A DNA stretch of 64,000 bases from Candidatus Levyibacteriota bacterium (GCA_039738415.1 JBCLLY010000004.1:6956-70955); one strand, 5' to 3'. Numbered from the stretch's first letter, positions 36,388 through 47,508 are shown. Program-made: numbers and translations. Notes: a model not told the origin generated them from the sequence alone.

Positions 36388-37330
36388 CTTCTAGTAACAG
36401 TTCGGCGTCCTTCTTTTTGAAAAACTTTCTATTTATACCTCTTCTTTGCAAAATAACGGGAAGGTGGAGAAATGCCTTTCCCATACCAATGAGAAAGGGC
36501 AGATCTTTTCTCATACAGGCAGTTACCAAATGATAAGGAAGCCAAACTATGTGACTAATTACCAGCGCAGGATCAGTAATATTTAGCCAGACAAAATAAA
36601 ATTGATTCCTATAAGAAATTGTTCTCACCCATGCTGGTTTTACTGTTCTTTTAATAACTCCCTCTTCATGCTTATGACTAACTATACTCTTCTGTTCAAA
36701 AACCAATCTATATCCAGATTTCAGCGCTCTATATGAAATATCGATATCCTCCCAATAAAATGGATTCATCTCTTCAGAAAGACCACCGATTTTTTCCCAT
36801 ATTTCCCTCCTAAATGCCCCACTACCGCCACTCACCCAGAGCGAATTTGTTTTTTTAAAATTACCCAAACTATGCATGAGAAATCCCTTCTCCCAACGAC
36901 CAATGCCTCTTCCGCGCTCTACAACGCCCCCTGACTCAACACTTTTATCCATACACCCAACAGCAAACACGCTTGTATCTTCAAAGTGTGAAATAAGCGG
37001 TTCAAGAAATCCTTCAAGCGGAATGACATCCGTGTTTAAAAGAACCACTATATCTCCAGTTGCCTTTTTTACCCCCCTGTTAACTGCTGTAGAAAAACCA
37101 TAATTTTTCTCGTTGTACAGAACAATAAATTTGACTTGCTTTTGCTGTTTTCCTTCGTATTTCATTAGTATTTCACGACTATTATCTTGCGAGCCATCGT
37201 CATTAATAACTATCTCAACCATCTCCTGATGTTTTTGTGCATACTGTTGAATAACAGCAATAACCCTGGGAAGATTGTCTTGCAGTAATTTCTCACCGTT
37301 GTAATTAGGTATAACAACTGAAATTTTCAT
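36377..37330 (-). CDS. glycosyltransferase family 2
   Basis: 317 aa. KISVVIPNYNGEKLL, VINDDGSQDNS, LLNTDV, and WEDIDISYR. Confidence 0.88.
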   Translation of the reverse strand: MKISVVIPNYNGEKLLQDNLPRVIAVIQQYAQKHQEMVEIVINDDGSQDNSREILMKYEGKQQKQVKFIVLYNEKNYGFSTAVNRGVKKATGDIVVLLNTDVIPLEGFLEPLISHFEDTSVFAVGCMDKSVESGGVVERGRGIGRWEKGFLMHSLGNFKKTNSLWVSGGSGAFRREIWEKIGGLSEEMNPFYWEDIDISYRALKSGYRLVFEQKSIVSHKHEEGVIKRTVKPAWVRTISYRNQFYFVWLNITDPALVISHIVWLPYHLVTACMRKDLPFLIGMGKAFLHLPVILQRRGINRKFFKKKDAELLLEVSE

Positions 37331-39630
37331 CAGAATATGTGATTTGTAAATATAACCTCTTTTGATCCCTCCGGAACAACTATTCCCCGAAAATTATAAT
37401 TCGTAAGCAAAATTTCTACCGGTACTGTGTCAATGCTGGCCTTCCATGTTGGATAATAGCTATCGCTTAATACAAGAAATCCTTCACCCTGATTTTCCAC
37501 ATTCATAATAATTTTATTAGGATTATATGATACAACTTCTACCTTACCCCTTGACCATTTGCGATTAAATTTTTCATAAGTTTTCCCTTCAACTACAGCA
37601 AGATTGCCAAGGTCAGTTTTGTTTTCAAATATCTTTTCTATGGCATCATACTTATCTCTGGCCCCGTATGTTTTACCTACAAAAAATGCTCGCTCAATAA
37701 AATTTTTATTTAGATAAATACTTGTTTCGCCCTCTTCAAAAACTTTTTCAAACCTCTCATTTTTTAACCCGGAAAATGCTAATAAATACTTAATATTTAA
37801 AACGTTAACTGCATCTTCATGCTGGCTTTGAGGCGTTATTATTCTATTAAATCCAAAGGGCGTGCTGATATCGGGCTTTCCGCGACCTACTGCCGCTATT
37901 AGTTCCGCGTATCGACTTAAATACAAAGGGTCATACCCATCTACACTCTGTATTTTATAATAATTTGTAAAATTAGGAGGAAGTATTCTCGAATCCGCTT
38001 CCATCACCCGAAAAAGATTGTTATCTTTTTTTATAAATTCTAATGCTTTAGTAGTTGGATACAAATATTCGCTTTTTGAAAAAACCGTATATTTACCTGC
38101 AAAGCGGAAGACGTCAAACAAAAAAACAAGAATAATCAATGCGACTATGACTTGCGGGTATTTTTTATTTTTTATAACCCTAGCTCCAAAGATATTTAAA
38201 ATCATAAGTCCGAATGTTGCGACAAAGAGCAAGGATGGAAGCTTTAAGTTGTTTAAGGTAACCGCAAGATTCTCCGGAGAAACTTTTAATAACTGAGGTA
38301 AGAACGAGTTAAAAAATACGAATAGCCAGAGTAATAAAAGCAAAAAACCAATAAAAAATGCGGGTATTAAAATTTTTTTCTTATTTTTTACAAAGTAGTC
38401 AAATCCTATCGCTGCAAGCACTGCCAGAGAAAAATCCACAATATATATAAGTCTGGTAGGTTGTGTTGTGGATATGAATGGAATTTCAAAATGAAACGGA
38501 ATTTTTGAAATAAAATTCGGAAAGGAAAAAACTAAACCCACTATCAATGCTAAACCAAAAAATAAAACCCTTTTATCTTTTTTTATAAACAATGCTCCCA
38601 AGGCGAGAATTAGCGGAAAAATTCCCACATATCCAATGAATTCTCCATAATTCCATATTCCCCAATAATTAAGTGTTGCCGGATTTCCAAAAAAATCCGG
38701 AGCTATAAATTGAACTAAATTTTGCCAAGGAATAAACCAACCCTCAATGCTCGTACTCACTTGGTCAACGTTTCTTGCAGAAGAGAGTATAAATTGCAAG
38801 GTCGGAATCCACTGTATCGCAGTCAACAAGACAAACGCTACTGTTATTAATGCAAACAACAATAATATACGCAGACTTTTTTTGCCTTCAAACCATCGAA
38901 ATATTAAATAGAAAAAAGCAATAATTGAAAGATAAAAAAAGGCTTGCAGATGCCCTGCGAAGAATGAAGAAATGGAGGTAAATAAAAGAATTCCAAACCA
39001 GATAAGTAATTTTTTATTCATAATTCTTGCTTCGTGATTCATAACTCTTAAAATTTTGTCGATAGACAAAAGCACTAGGGGTAACCAAAGTCCGGTTGAA
39101 ACTATATTTCCCCACTCAAGCCACGCAACGCTAAATCCGGAAAAAGAAAATGCTATAGCTCCAATAAAAGATGCGGTTTTACTTAACTTTAAATTAGAAA
39201 GATACAAATACATAAATACGAAAGCAAGAAATAGTTGAGACATAATAAGAGCCGTCCATCCATACTGAAACGGCAAAACAAAGAAAACAAAATTAAAAGG
39301 ATAAAAAACTGCTGACTGAAAATTTGCAAGTAAAGGATATCCTGAAAAACTATACGAGTTCCAAAGTGGGAGCTGACCTTCTTTAATAATCGAAACAGCT
39401 AGCTCACGCCACACATATTGCTGCCTAACGGGGTCTGTAACCAGCATATTTGAAAATGGTATCCCGCGTGGATATTGCGCACTATAAAAATCACGGTATG
39501 GGTGGTACAAACCAACGATATTGTCGGTTGGTATCGGAAGAAGACCGTAAATAATTACTTTGTGAAAAAATATCAGGATAAAAGCAAGACCAAAAAATAA
39601 AAGAGCATTATTTTTAACAAATTTTTTCAT
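37330..39630 (-). CDS. YfhO-family polytopic membrane glycosyltransferase (GT-C)
   Basis: 766 aa with many TM segments. C-terminal DSYYPTWKASIDTVPVEILLTNYNFRGIVVPEGSKEVIF is the YfhO-type tail. Confidence 0.75.
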   Translation of the reverse strand: MKKFVKNNALLFFGLAFILIFFHKVIIYGLLPIPTDNIVGLYHPYRDFYSAQYPRGIPFSNMLVTDPVRQQYVWRELAVSIIKEGQLPLWNSYSFSGYPLLANFQSAVFYPFNFVFFVLPFQYGWTALIMSQLFLAFVFMYLYLSNLKLSKTASFIGAIAFSFSGFSVAWLEWGNIVSTGLWLPLVLLSIDKILRVMNHEARIMNKKLLIWFGILLFTSISSFFAGHLQAFFYLSIIAFFYLIFRWFEGKKSLRILLLFALITVAFVLLTAIQWIPTLQFILSSARNVDQVSTSIEGWFIPWQNLVQFIAPDFFGNPATLNYWGIWNYGEFIGYVGIFPLILALGALFIKKDKRVLFFGLALIVGLVFSFPNFISKIPFHFEIPFISTTQPTRLIYIVDFSLAVLAAIGFDYFVKNKKKILIPAFFIGFLLLLLWLFVFFNSFLPQLLKVSPENLAVTLNNLKLPSLLFVATFGLMILNIFGARVIKNKKYPQVIVALIILVFLFDVFRFAGKYTVFSKSEYLYPTTKALEFIKKDNNLFRVMEADSRILPPNFTNYYKIQSVDGYDPLYLSRYAELIAAVGRGKPDISTPFGFNRIITPQSQHEDAVNVLNIKYLLAFSGLKNERFEKVFEEGETSIYLNKNFIERAFFVGKTYGARDKYDAIEKIFENKTDLGNLAVVEGKTYEKFNRKWSRGKVEVVSYNPNKIIMNVENQGEGFLVLSDSYYPTWKASIDTVPVEILLTNYNFRGIVVPEGSKEVIFTNHIF

Positions 39631-40694
39631 TTTTTGTTAACTATTTCGTCTAACTCCTTACAAAATCTTTCTTTCCCAAAAAAATCTATTATTTTTTTTG
39701 CCTCTTTGGACATATTTTCTAAAAGCTCTTTGTTGTCAACGAGTTTTTTTGTTAAGTTAAGTAGCTCACTCTCCGTATCCCAAAGATATCCATTCTCTCC
39801 ACTTACAACAATCTCTTTCTGTCCGCCTAAATTTATTACTACAGGAACGCAACCTGCAGACATCGCCTCCACCGTAGACATACCAAAATGCTCAGCTCTT
39901 TCGGGGTTTTTATTTAAATTTTCTCCAAATCCGGCAGCGTGCCAATATATCTTTGCTTTTGAGTATATCTGCTCAACCTCATCAAAATCTGCATTTTTAA
40001 TAATTCTGATTGAATTATTTCTCAGACTTCCAAATTCCTTTTCAAAATTCTGACTATCTTCATCTCTTACGCTTGTCACTAAGAAAAACTTCCAATCTTT
40101 ATTTTCCTTCTCAAATTTTTTGAACGTATCTATCATAAATTTTAATTTTTTAAAATCATCATTCCCACCATAAGGCTGATACCGTCCAACCGTTAGAATT
40201 ATGTTTTCTTTCTTAATACCCTCTACGGTAATTTTTTGTGCCGGAGGATATAAAACTACACTTTTTACACTGTATGTTTTATCTATAAAAGATTTCGTAA
40301 ATTTGGAATTGCAAATAACTTTTTTGGCCAAAATTATCTTCCTCCTATTTATGTTGGATACCTGAGACTTTAAAAGAGGGAACTGAAAGTGAACAATTAG
40401 TTTTTTTGGTGCAAGAATTGGCAGACTCCCATCAGAAAGATAAATAATTTTGTCGTATTTTAATGTCTTTACGAACTTTTCATAAAAATTATTACTTACG
40501 TCAAAGATATTTCTTACTAAATTTACTTTACTAAGATCCAAATTAAACCGTTTTGAGGCTTTTTCCAGTATTTGCCCATCATCCCAAAAAACATCAACAT
40601 CATTTTCTTTTGATAAAAACTCTGCAATGGTAAGCATATAAAGCTCACCACCGGTAAGCGTGTCAAGATAAGGAGAATATATGCCTAACTTCAT
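39627..40694 (-). CDS. glycosyltransferase family 4 (GT-B, group 1)
   Basis: 355 aa. EHFGMSTVEAMSAGCVPVV. Confidence 0.85.
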   Translation of the reverse strand: MKLGIYSPYLDTLTGGELYMLTIAEFLSKENDVDVFWDDGQILEKASKRFNLDLSKVNLVRNIFDVSNNFYEKFVKTLKYDKIIYLSDGSLPILAPKKLIVHFQFPLLKSQVSNINRRKIILAKKVICNSKFTKSFIDKTYSVKSVVLYPPAQKITVEGIKKENIILTVGRYQPYGGNDDFKKLKFMIDTFKKFEKENKDWKFFLVTSVRDEDSQNFEKEFGSLRNNSIRIIKNADFDEVEQIYSKAKIYWHAAGFGENLNKNPERAEHFGMSTVEAMSAGCVPVVINLGGQKEIVVSGENGYLWDTESELLNLTKKLVDNKELLENMSKEAKKIIDFFGKERFCKELDEIVNKK

Positions 40695-40749
40695 TGATGT
40701 AATTGTATCAATAATTGATTATATTAGAAAGTTATGATACATTCATTTA

Positions 40750-40995
40750 ATGGGTTTAACAGGCAACGATAATTTAGATTTAATCATAATAACAGTCATA
40801 ACCATTTGGTCAACACTGGTTAAAGGAATTGCTCTATGGCGCTCTGCTAATTTAAAACAGCAGAATTGGTTCATAGTAATGCTTATAGTTAATACTGTTG
40901 GAATTGTCGAACTGGTATATTTGTTCAGATTTTCCAAAAAAAGACTTACAAAAGCTGAAATTAAATCATGGATACAAAAACTGAGGAAGCGTTAA
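40750..40995 (+). CDS. small two-TM membrane protein (DUF5652-like)
   Basis: 81 aa. LVKGIALWRSANLKQQNWFIVMLIVNTVGIVELVYLF. Confidence 0.55.
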   Translation: MGLTGNDNLDLIIITVITIWSTLVKGIALWRSANLKQQNWFIVMLIVNTVGIVELVYLFRFSKKRLTKAEIKSWIQKLRKR

Positions 40996-41768
40996 TTACC
41001 ACTTTTTTTCTGCATTTCCCATAACTTTGCGTAGGTAATAAATATCGAATACGCCTGATAGATACTCTCTATAAATCCGTATGTTCCATTTTTGTATCCT
41101 TTTTGCCCAAAATAGCTTCTACAAAATTCCGAGCACATAACCCGTAAGAACCTCCATCCATGCATCTTTGGGTGTTTGGCATCATACCTTAATTTAGCCT
41201 CATAATTAGACCAGTTATTGGTCTTTTTCAGCATCTGCTCTAAATTTCTATGAGTAAAATGCAGTATTGGTGAATTAATTGTTTTTAACTCACCTTTAGT
41301 ATGAGCTGTTTCGTGAACAACGCCTGTCCATTTATCAAATTCGCAAACTTTAAAAACTCTTGCAACCTCATCCTCAAATCCCCAGTCGCGACCGAAATAA
41401 TAAGTTTTTCTTTTTACTATGTAACCACCAGCATCATCAGAATTAAGTTGCTTACTTAATTCTTTTTTGAAGTCTTCAGTTAATCTTTCATCAGCATCCA
41501 AATAAAGCACCCAAGAGGATTTTGCCTTTTTAATAGCAAAATTTCTCTGGTCAGAAAAATCCTTAAATTTATTTTCAATAACCTGTGCGCCATTTTTTCT
41601 GGCAATCTCGACAGTTCTATCGGTTGATCCAGCATCTATAACAAATATGTTCTCCGCCCACCCCCTTGCGCTTATTATAGCGTCGGCTATAACATCCTCT
41701 TCGTTATTTGTGAGAATTATTACATCAATTTTTTCCATCAAATTAAATTGGATAGCTCCCTTTTCCAA
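40992..41768 (-). CDS. glycosyltransferase family 2 (WaaE/KdtX-like architecture)
   Basis: IDVIILTNNEEDVI, DAGSTDRT, and YLDADERL. An alternative start at 41738 (MEKIDVII) would remove the 26-nt overlap with the upstream gene. Confidence 0.85.
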   Translation of the reverse strand: MEKGAIQFNLMEKIDVIILTNNEEDVIADAIISARGWAENIFVIDAGSTDRTVEIARKNGAQVIENKFKDFSDQRNFAIKKAKSSWVLYLDADERLTEDFKKELSKQLNSDDAGGYIVKRKTYYFGRDWGFEDEVARVFKVCEFDKWTGVVHETAHTKGELKTINSPILHFTHRNLEQMLKKTNNWSNYEAKLRYDAKHPKMHGWRFLRVMCSEFCRSYFGQKGYKNGTYGFIESIYQAYSIFITYAKLWEMQKKSGN

Positions 41769-42660
41769 ATTTTCTCAGATAAAAGTCTCTAATCCCCATT
41801 TTTTGCCATTCTCTTCCATGAAGAATTGTTCTTAAGCTTTCTCTCAAAAGTGCTATTTTAGTCCTAAGAGGTGCATAAGTCATTCCAAAAAGCATCCTGT
41901 TTCTTGTAATGTAATAATCCTGAAGTAAGGAACCCGAACCACCTGAAGATTCGGCGTTTTTGTGCCACATAAAAGCACTGGGTTCATAAATTATTTTATA
42001 CCCCGCATTTTTTATCCGCTCCGTTAAGTCCGCGTCTTCATAATATAAAAAATATTTATCATTAAACATCCCGACTTCTTTTATTACTGCAGCTTTCAAC
42101 ATAAAACAACATCCTGTTGCAAGCTCTATCTCTTCTTGCTTGTTATATTGTCCTTTATCAACCTCATCGACTCCACGATTGTGACCTATCAAATTGTCCC
42201 AATCCATTACCCCTCCCGCGTACCAAATTACTTTCCCAAGATCCGTATCCTTATATCTTTTCTTGTGAAACTCATATCCTTTTTCAAAATATATCTTCGG
42301 GAGCACGCCGGCAATTTTTTCGTCGGTTTTAAATGTTTCATAAAGATTTTTAACAAGATTACTGCCTACTCGAGTATCGTTGTTCAGAACAACAATAAAG
42401 TCAGCACCTTTTTCAATGGCATATTTTATTCCAAAATTATTACCTCCGGCAAATCCTAAATTTTTATGTGTTTCAAGAAGTATAACTTTTGGAAGAAAAC
42501 TTTTAATTTTCTCTACGTGTTTTTCTTCAGAACCATTATCCACTATTATGTTTTCAATAATTGCTCCTTTAGGAATTTTCAGCTTTTTAAGGGAGCTAAA
42601 TAATTCTATAGTAGAATCTGAGCCGTTAAAGTTAAGTACAAGTATGAAAATTTTGACCAT
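41743..42660 (-). CDS. glycosyltransferase family 2
   Basis: 305 aa. ILVLNFNGSDSTIE, VDNGSEE, VLNNDT, and YYEDADL. Confidence 0.88.
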   Translation of the reverse strand: MVKIFILVLNFNGSDSTIELFSSLKKLKIPKGAIIENIIVDNGSEEKHVEKIKSFLPKVILLETHKNLGFAGGNNFGIKYAIEKGADFIVVLNNDTRVGSNLVKNLYETFKTDEKIAGVLPKIYFEKGYEFHKKRYKDTDLGKVIWYAGGVMDWDNLIGHNRGVDEVDKGQYNKQEEIELATGCCFMLKAAVIKEVGMFNDKYFLYYEDADLTERIKNAGYKIIYEPSAFMWHKNAESSGGSGSLLQDYYITRNRMLFGMTYAPLRTKIALLRESLRTILHGREWQKMGIRDFYLRKFGKGSYPI

Positions 42661-42661
42661 A

Positions 42662-43615
42662 TTAGGATTCTTTTATCTTTCTTGTAACTATTTTTCGTGT
42701 AGCTCGGAGAGCAAGTTTTTTAAAAGGGTTTTTTGATTCGTATATTAATGCAGTTGTTAACCAGTATTTAAACTTCATACCTGAAATATTAAATTCATTT
42801 TTTAGCTTATCTATAAAATTGTCTACCTCAACTTCTTTAAATTTCTCCTTTTCCCAAAGCTTTACAAATACAATTTCCATATAAAAGGCCTGTAAAATGC
42901 TTAAAACCAAGCCATGCAAACCCTCCCTATAACCATGTTCCAAAAAAAACGTCTTAAGAAAATCGTCTACTGGAAATTTTACGGAATCAATCCAACTAAA
43001 CTTGTATCCGGACAAGAACCGGCTTTGGGCTTCGATATCCGTATAATTATTAAGTTTAGTTATGAATTGGGAAACGCTGGTGTAATTTTGGTGAGTTAAT
43101 GGATTTTCTAGTTTTCTTACTTCACCCTCTATATCCAATTTCTTGTGAACAGAGTTTTGTGAAAATTTACCCTTACCCTTTCTAAATAACTTTACCTGAT
43201 AATCAGGCCACCACGTATCGCTTTTTATCCATTTTCCAAAAATTATATTTTTTCTAGGAATCAAATAACCATTATAGATAGTTCTTGGTTCCTCCAAGAC
43301 CGGAGAACGACTATCTATTGCCTGTTTTATCTCTTCTTTGAGTTCGGGTGTTAATCTCTCATCCGCATCAAGACTTAATATCCATTCATTTACCGCTTTT
43401 GAAAATCCAAAATTCTTCTGGAAATCTATTTTTAAGGGATTGTTTTCTTGAATAAAAACTTTTGTTGTGTAGTCTTTTGCAATTTCTGAGGTTTTATCCG
43501 TGGAGGAATTATCAACTACAATAATTTCGTCAGACAGATCTTTTACTGATTCCAAGCAACCTCTAAGATTCTTCTCTTCGTTGTAGGCTGAAATGACTAC
43601 GCTTAATTTACTCAT
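42662..43615 (-). CDS. glycosyltransferase family 2 (WaaE/KdtX-like architecture)
   Basis: MSKLSVVISAYNEEKNL, VVDNSSTDKT, and SLDADERL. ATG 43615 is preferred because tataat ends 6 nt upstream; the ORF-track start at 43669 overlaps the flippase by 32 nt. Confidence 0.87.
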   Translation of the reverse strand: MSKLSVVISAYNEEKNLRGCLESVKDLSDEIIVVDNSSTDKTSEIAKDYTTKVFIQENNPLKIDFQKNFGFSKAVNEWILSLDADERLTPELKEEIKQAIDSRSPVLEEPRTIYNGYLIPRKNIIFGKWIKSDTWWPDYQVKLFRKGKGKFSQNSVHKKLDIEGEVRKLENPLTHQNYTSVSQFITKLNNYTDIEAQSRFLSGYKFSWIDSVKFPVDDFLKTFFLEHGYREGLHGLVLSILQAFYMEIVFVKLWEKEKFKEVEVDNFIDKLKNEFNISGMKFKYWLTTALIYESKNPFKKLALRATRKIVTRKIKES

Positions 43616-43637
43616 AAATATATTATAAACAATTTCC

Positions 43638-45095
43638 CTACTCTTCTTTAATAAATGAACTCCTGGCAAATTTAATGGTTGATAATAATTCTTTTCTAGA
43701 AATTAGCACCATAATTAGTAAATAAACCAATCCGGATATAAATGCCCATATTAGCATTTGCATAAATGAAGATACCAGCGGACGGATTAGATAAACTGCC
43801 CCCGCAAGAATAACTGAACCGATAAATGATTTATATGTTGGGAAAAAAATTGAAAACTTAAGATACCTCTTACTAACGGCAAATACACCAAAAGAACTTA
43901 GACTAACTAGAAAAACAGCAGCAGCGACTCCATTGTAACCATAAATATCTACTAAAAATATAGTAATAACCCACGTAGAGATTGTCCAAAAAATCATAAA
44001 ATAAAGAGTTATTTTTACTTTTCCTATAGCATTAAGAAAATTTGTTAGGGGTGTTGATATTGATGCAAGCACGGTACTAAGCGCAAAAAATATAACTGAT
44101 AAAATTGCCGGTTGCCATTTTTCGTATCTAGGAATAAATTCTATAAGAAATGGCGTAAACATAATTATCATAACTGCAGCCGGAAATATAAAAAAAGAAA
44201 TTACAAAAAGAGATTTCTCAATTGCTATCTTTAATGATTTTTTATCATCCTGAAGTCTACTATATGAGGGAAATGTAATTCTTATAATGTTGTCCATAAT
44301 AAGTCTTAACGGGAGAAAAGCGAGTTTTTGTGCAAAAGCAATAATTCCAAGCTGTGATAGCGGTAAAATTAAACCTAGGTATAATGTAAGGAAATGATCT
44401 TTAAATAAAGCGAGTATACTGTTTAGCTGGAAAGGAACACCGAATGATAGGAGAGTTTTTAAAGATTTTTTGTCAAAAGCAATTCCGATACTCCAGGGTC
44501 TGACTATGTATGTAGCTATAAACCCACCAATTGCACGTACCAGTACTGCTACTGTAAAACTCATTATACCCATTCCTGTTACCGCTCCAATTATTAAAGC
44601 AACGTTATACAAAACTCCTTCAACTATTTCCGGTATTACAAGCCTATTGTACGAAAGGTCTCTTTCCATCATGACTGTAGGAATAGTTCTTAAAGAACTA
44701 ATAAAAAATGACACCAGTAAGGCTATAAATAAATATTGCCCCTCAATGCTCAAACCGTAAAGAGATACTATATTGCCTGAAAATAGAACAGATGGTATAA
44801 CGAGTGCTAATACCACTATCTGCTGGATAGAAAAAACTGTTCTATAGTCAATAATGGTCGGCTTTTCTTTTTTTTGAATAAGAGAAGCTGCAAGACCAAT
44901 ATCCTGAAAGTAACTAAAGAAAACAATAAGGGAAGAGACAATCGCAAAAACACCGAAGCTGAACTCATCAAGATAAACGGTAAGAATAAAACTTGCAACA
45001 ATACCTAAAAGTTGAATGAAAAATGTTCTTGAAGTGAGAGCTATTACGCCGTGTACGGATTTTTTTGCAATCGCCTCAAATGTAAAATCTTCCAT
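43638..45095 (-). CDS. MOP-superfamily (Wzx/PST-type) oligosaccharide flippase
   Basis: 485 aa with ~12-14 TM segments. N-terminal KKSVHGVIALTSRTFFIQLLGIVASFILTVYL is typical of polysaccharide flippases. Confidence 0.8.
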   Translation of the reverse strand: MEDFTFEAIAKKSVHGVIALTSRTFFIQLLGIVASFILTVYLDEFSFGVFAIVSSLIVFFSYFQDIGLAASLIQKKEKPTIIDYRTVFSIQQIVVLALVIPSVLFSGNIVSLYGLSIEGQYLFIALLVSFFISSLRTIPTVMMERDLSYNRLVIPEIVEGVLYNVALIIGAVTGMGIMSFTVAVLVRAIGGFIATYIVRPWSIGIAFDKKSLKTLLSFGVPFQLNSILALFKDHFLTLYLGLILPLSQLGIIAFAQKLAFLPLRLIMDNIIRITFPSYSRLQDDKKSLKIAIEKSLFVISFFIFPAAVMIIMFTPFLIEFIPRYEKWQPAILSVIFFALSTVLASISTPLTNFLNAIGKVKITLYFMIFWTISTWVITIFLVDIYGYNGVAAAVFLVSLSSFGVFAVSKRYLKFSIFFPTYKSFIGSVILAGAVYLIRPLVSSFMQMLIWAFISGLVYLLIMVLISRKELLSTIKFARSSFIKEE

Positions 45096-45114
45096 ATTCT
45101 AAGTATACCCATTC

Positions 45115-45825
45115 CTAAATTCTTTTGTTATGTATATCAAACCAAAGAATAAAACTTTCAAGAACGGCTCTTATAATAACAGGAAGATTTGCGCCACTCT
45201 GATTACCAAACTTTCTGGGATAATGACTAACCTCAACTTCACTTATTCTTAGATTTTTCTGCTTTGCTTTTGCCAGTAATTCTGTAGTTATCATCGCTCC
45301 CTCGGATCTAAGCGGCATAATTTGATCCACAGCAGATTTTCTAAACATCTTAAATCCACAATCTATGTCTCTAAAGTAAAATCTAAAGAAAATATAATCC
45401 CAGACTTTAAGAAGGTTCATTAGGGCATGGCGGACAAAATTATCCTGTCTTTGTTTTCTGTAACCTATTACTAAGTCCGAACTCTTTATCTCTTCGACGA
45501 ATTTAACAACCTGCGAAAAATCAAATTGCCTGTCACCATCTGTAAAAACAATATATTTGTATTGGGAGTTTGTAAGTCCGGACCTTATAGCCGCCCCATA
45601 ACCCCTATTCGGAGTATGAGAAATCAGCCTAACATTTCTATACTTTCTTGTAAGTTTTTTTGCTTCTTCATAGGTATTATCCGACGAGCCGTCATCTATC
45701 ATCAGTATTTCCCATTTATCCGCAATCTCCCTTACTACAGGAATCGCATCTTCGACAACTTTTTTAATGTTCCTCTCCTCATTCCAAAATGGAAAAAAAA
45801 CTGATAATTCCGATAATTTATTCAT
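45115..45825 (-). CDS. GT2 polyprenyl-phosphate sugar synthase-like glycosyltransferase (GtrB/CsbB/DPM1-like)
   Basis: 236 aa. LSVFFPFWNEERNI, MIDDGSSDNT, PNRGYGAAIRSG, and FTDGDRQFD. Confidence 0.78.
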   Translation of the reverse strand: MNKLSELSVFFPFWNEERNIKKVVEDAIPVVREIADKWEILMIDDGSSDNTYEEAKKLTRKYRNVRLISHTPNRGYGAAIRSGLTNSQYKYIVFTDGDRQFDFSQVVKFVEEIKSSDLVIGYRKQRQDNFVRHALMNLLKVWDYIFFRFYFRDIDCGFKMFRKSAVDQIMPLRSEGAMITTELLAKAKQKNLRISEVEVSHYPRKFGNQSGANLPVIIRAVLESFILWFDIHNKRI

Positions 45826-47507
45826 AATAAATTCTTTCTTTTGGCTATTATAACAGCAAAAACAACAGTTATCCCTATAAGGGTAAATAGATTACCAACT
45901 CTTTGTATTGGGGTTGTTAAAAATTGCATAACTACCTCCTGTTTTCCCTCGGGAAGATAAATTTTCATTCCTCTACTAACTTTTTTCAGTTCAATTTTTT
46001 TTCCATTTACTCTTGCTTCCCATGAAGGAAAGTGTGCTTTATTAATATGGACATAAATTGCCTCTCCGTCTTTTGTAAATTCCAAATAATTCGTTCTGGA
46101 ATTAGTTAAAAGTACAACAGCGCTCCCCCCTTCTATTTCTAAGATTTCTTGAGGTAATTGCCGTCTACTAACAGGTTTTATAAAGTCCGGTGGCATATAT
46201 TCATCTGAAATTTTTGAAGTATCCCACCTAATATGTTCAATATTTTTATAATATGCATTTGAAAAATTAACATTATCAATCGGTGAAAAGAGCTTGGCAT
46301 TAAAATATATAGTTCCAACCACTATCGTAAACACTAATAGTATTGAAACAATACTTTTTTTCTCCAACTTTAATATAAAAAACGCAGCAATAAGGCTAAT
46401 GAAAAGACCTGAAAAATTCAAAAATCTCCATGGATACTGCAAAAATTCCATATAAGGAAGGGAGTCCCATATAAATTTAGAATAATCCAGCATTAGAAAA
46501 ATTGAGAACAACAAAAATACCCAAAAAATAATCTCGTGAGTAATTTTCTTACTCTTTATAAAAGATTGAATAAAAAAGATAAGCGCAAATAAAACTAGTA
46601 TTATGTTTAATTTTCCAAGCTTAAAACTCAACCCGTCTATACACCCGGATGTTGAACCTCCAAATCCCCAGGCGCTTTCCCAGAGCTGCCCTATACATAC
46701 AAAGTGGTCTGGATAATCAGCTCCCCTTCCAACCTGAGATACTACATCAGTAAACTTTGACTCTAGTACAGCAGGAATAACGTAAAAAGATGATAGTAAA
46801 AATGAAAAAGCAAAAAATACTCCAAGCGAATAAATATATATTTTCTTATTTTTTGACAAAGTTAACATAAATAATGCGTATGGAACCAAAAACAAACCCA
46901 ACATATAAGCACTAAGGTTGTGTGAAATTACGACAAGCGACATCGGTATGGACAATAAAATTGCTTGATATATAGGAATTTTTACTTTTGACTTATTCGT
47001 TCTTTTGTACAAAACATAAATGCTCCAGAAGACGAGCGGCAAAAATGCGTATGCAAAATACTCCCCCACAGCGCCTCTGACATAAATGTTTGCCGCATGG
47101 TAGGGAAAATATAAATAAATTATACCGGCAACAATTCCCCCCCATCTACTTGTAAGAGTTGATGCCAGCAGATACATAGAAAAAAATGAGATAACAATTC
47201 CTACCATAAATACAATTTTCGTTGATAAGAGTAGGTCGTTAAGAATTAAGTTAGAAAATCCGCCAATGTAATATGGGAGTGGAGCATAAAAGTTAAATAT
47301 CGGATAACCATATCCATATCCCAAATCGTCAACCCATCTAACGGGAAATTGACCATCTGAAAGAGACTTGCTCATTTGAAAAACCCTCTCCGCCTGAGTA
47401 TTGTCATGAACTGTAAAAAATCCCGGATTGAAAAGTGGTAATAGCGTAGGGAATATTATGATTACTAACAGTAAAATCAAGAGTATACTTTTTAAATTTA
47501 TTTTCAT
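45822..47507 (-). CDS. polytopic GT-C-like protein, paralog family C
   Basis: 561 aa. VHDNTQAERV...DGQFPVRWVDDLGYGYGYPIFNFYAPLPYY, with C-terminal HFPSWEARVNGKKIEL...LPEGKQEVVMQF plus a TM. Confidence 0.68.
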   Translation of the reverse strand: MKINLKSILLILLLVIIIFPTLLPLFNPGFFTVHDNTQAERVFQMSKSLSDGQFPVRWVDDLGYGYGYPIFNFYAPLPYYIGGFSNLILNDLLLSTKIVFMVGIVISFFSMYLLASTLTSRWGGIVAGIIYLYFPYHAANIYVRGAVGEYFAYAFLPLVFWSIYVLYKRTNKSKVKIPIYQAILLSIPMSLVVISHNLSAYMLGLFLVPYALFMLTLSKNKKIYIYSLGVFFAFSFLLSSFYVIPAVLESKFTDVVSQVGRGADYPDHFVCIGQLWESAWGFGGSTSGCIDGLSFKLGKLNIILVLFALIFFIQSFIKSKKITHEIIFWVFLLFSIFLMLDYSKFIWDSLPYMEFLQYPWRFLNFSGLFISLIAAFFILKLEKKSIVSILLVFTIVVGTIYFNAKLFSPIDNVNFSNAYYKNIEHIRWDTSKISDEYMPPDFIKPVSRRQLPQEILEIEGGSAVVLLTNSRTNYLEFTKDGEAIYVHINKAHFPSWEARVNGKKIELKKVSRGMKIYLPEGKQEVVMQFLTTPIQRVGNLFTLIGITVVFAVIIAKRKNLL

Positions 47508-47508
47508 T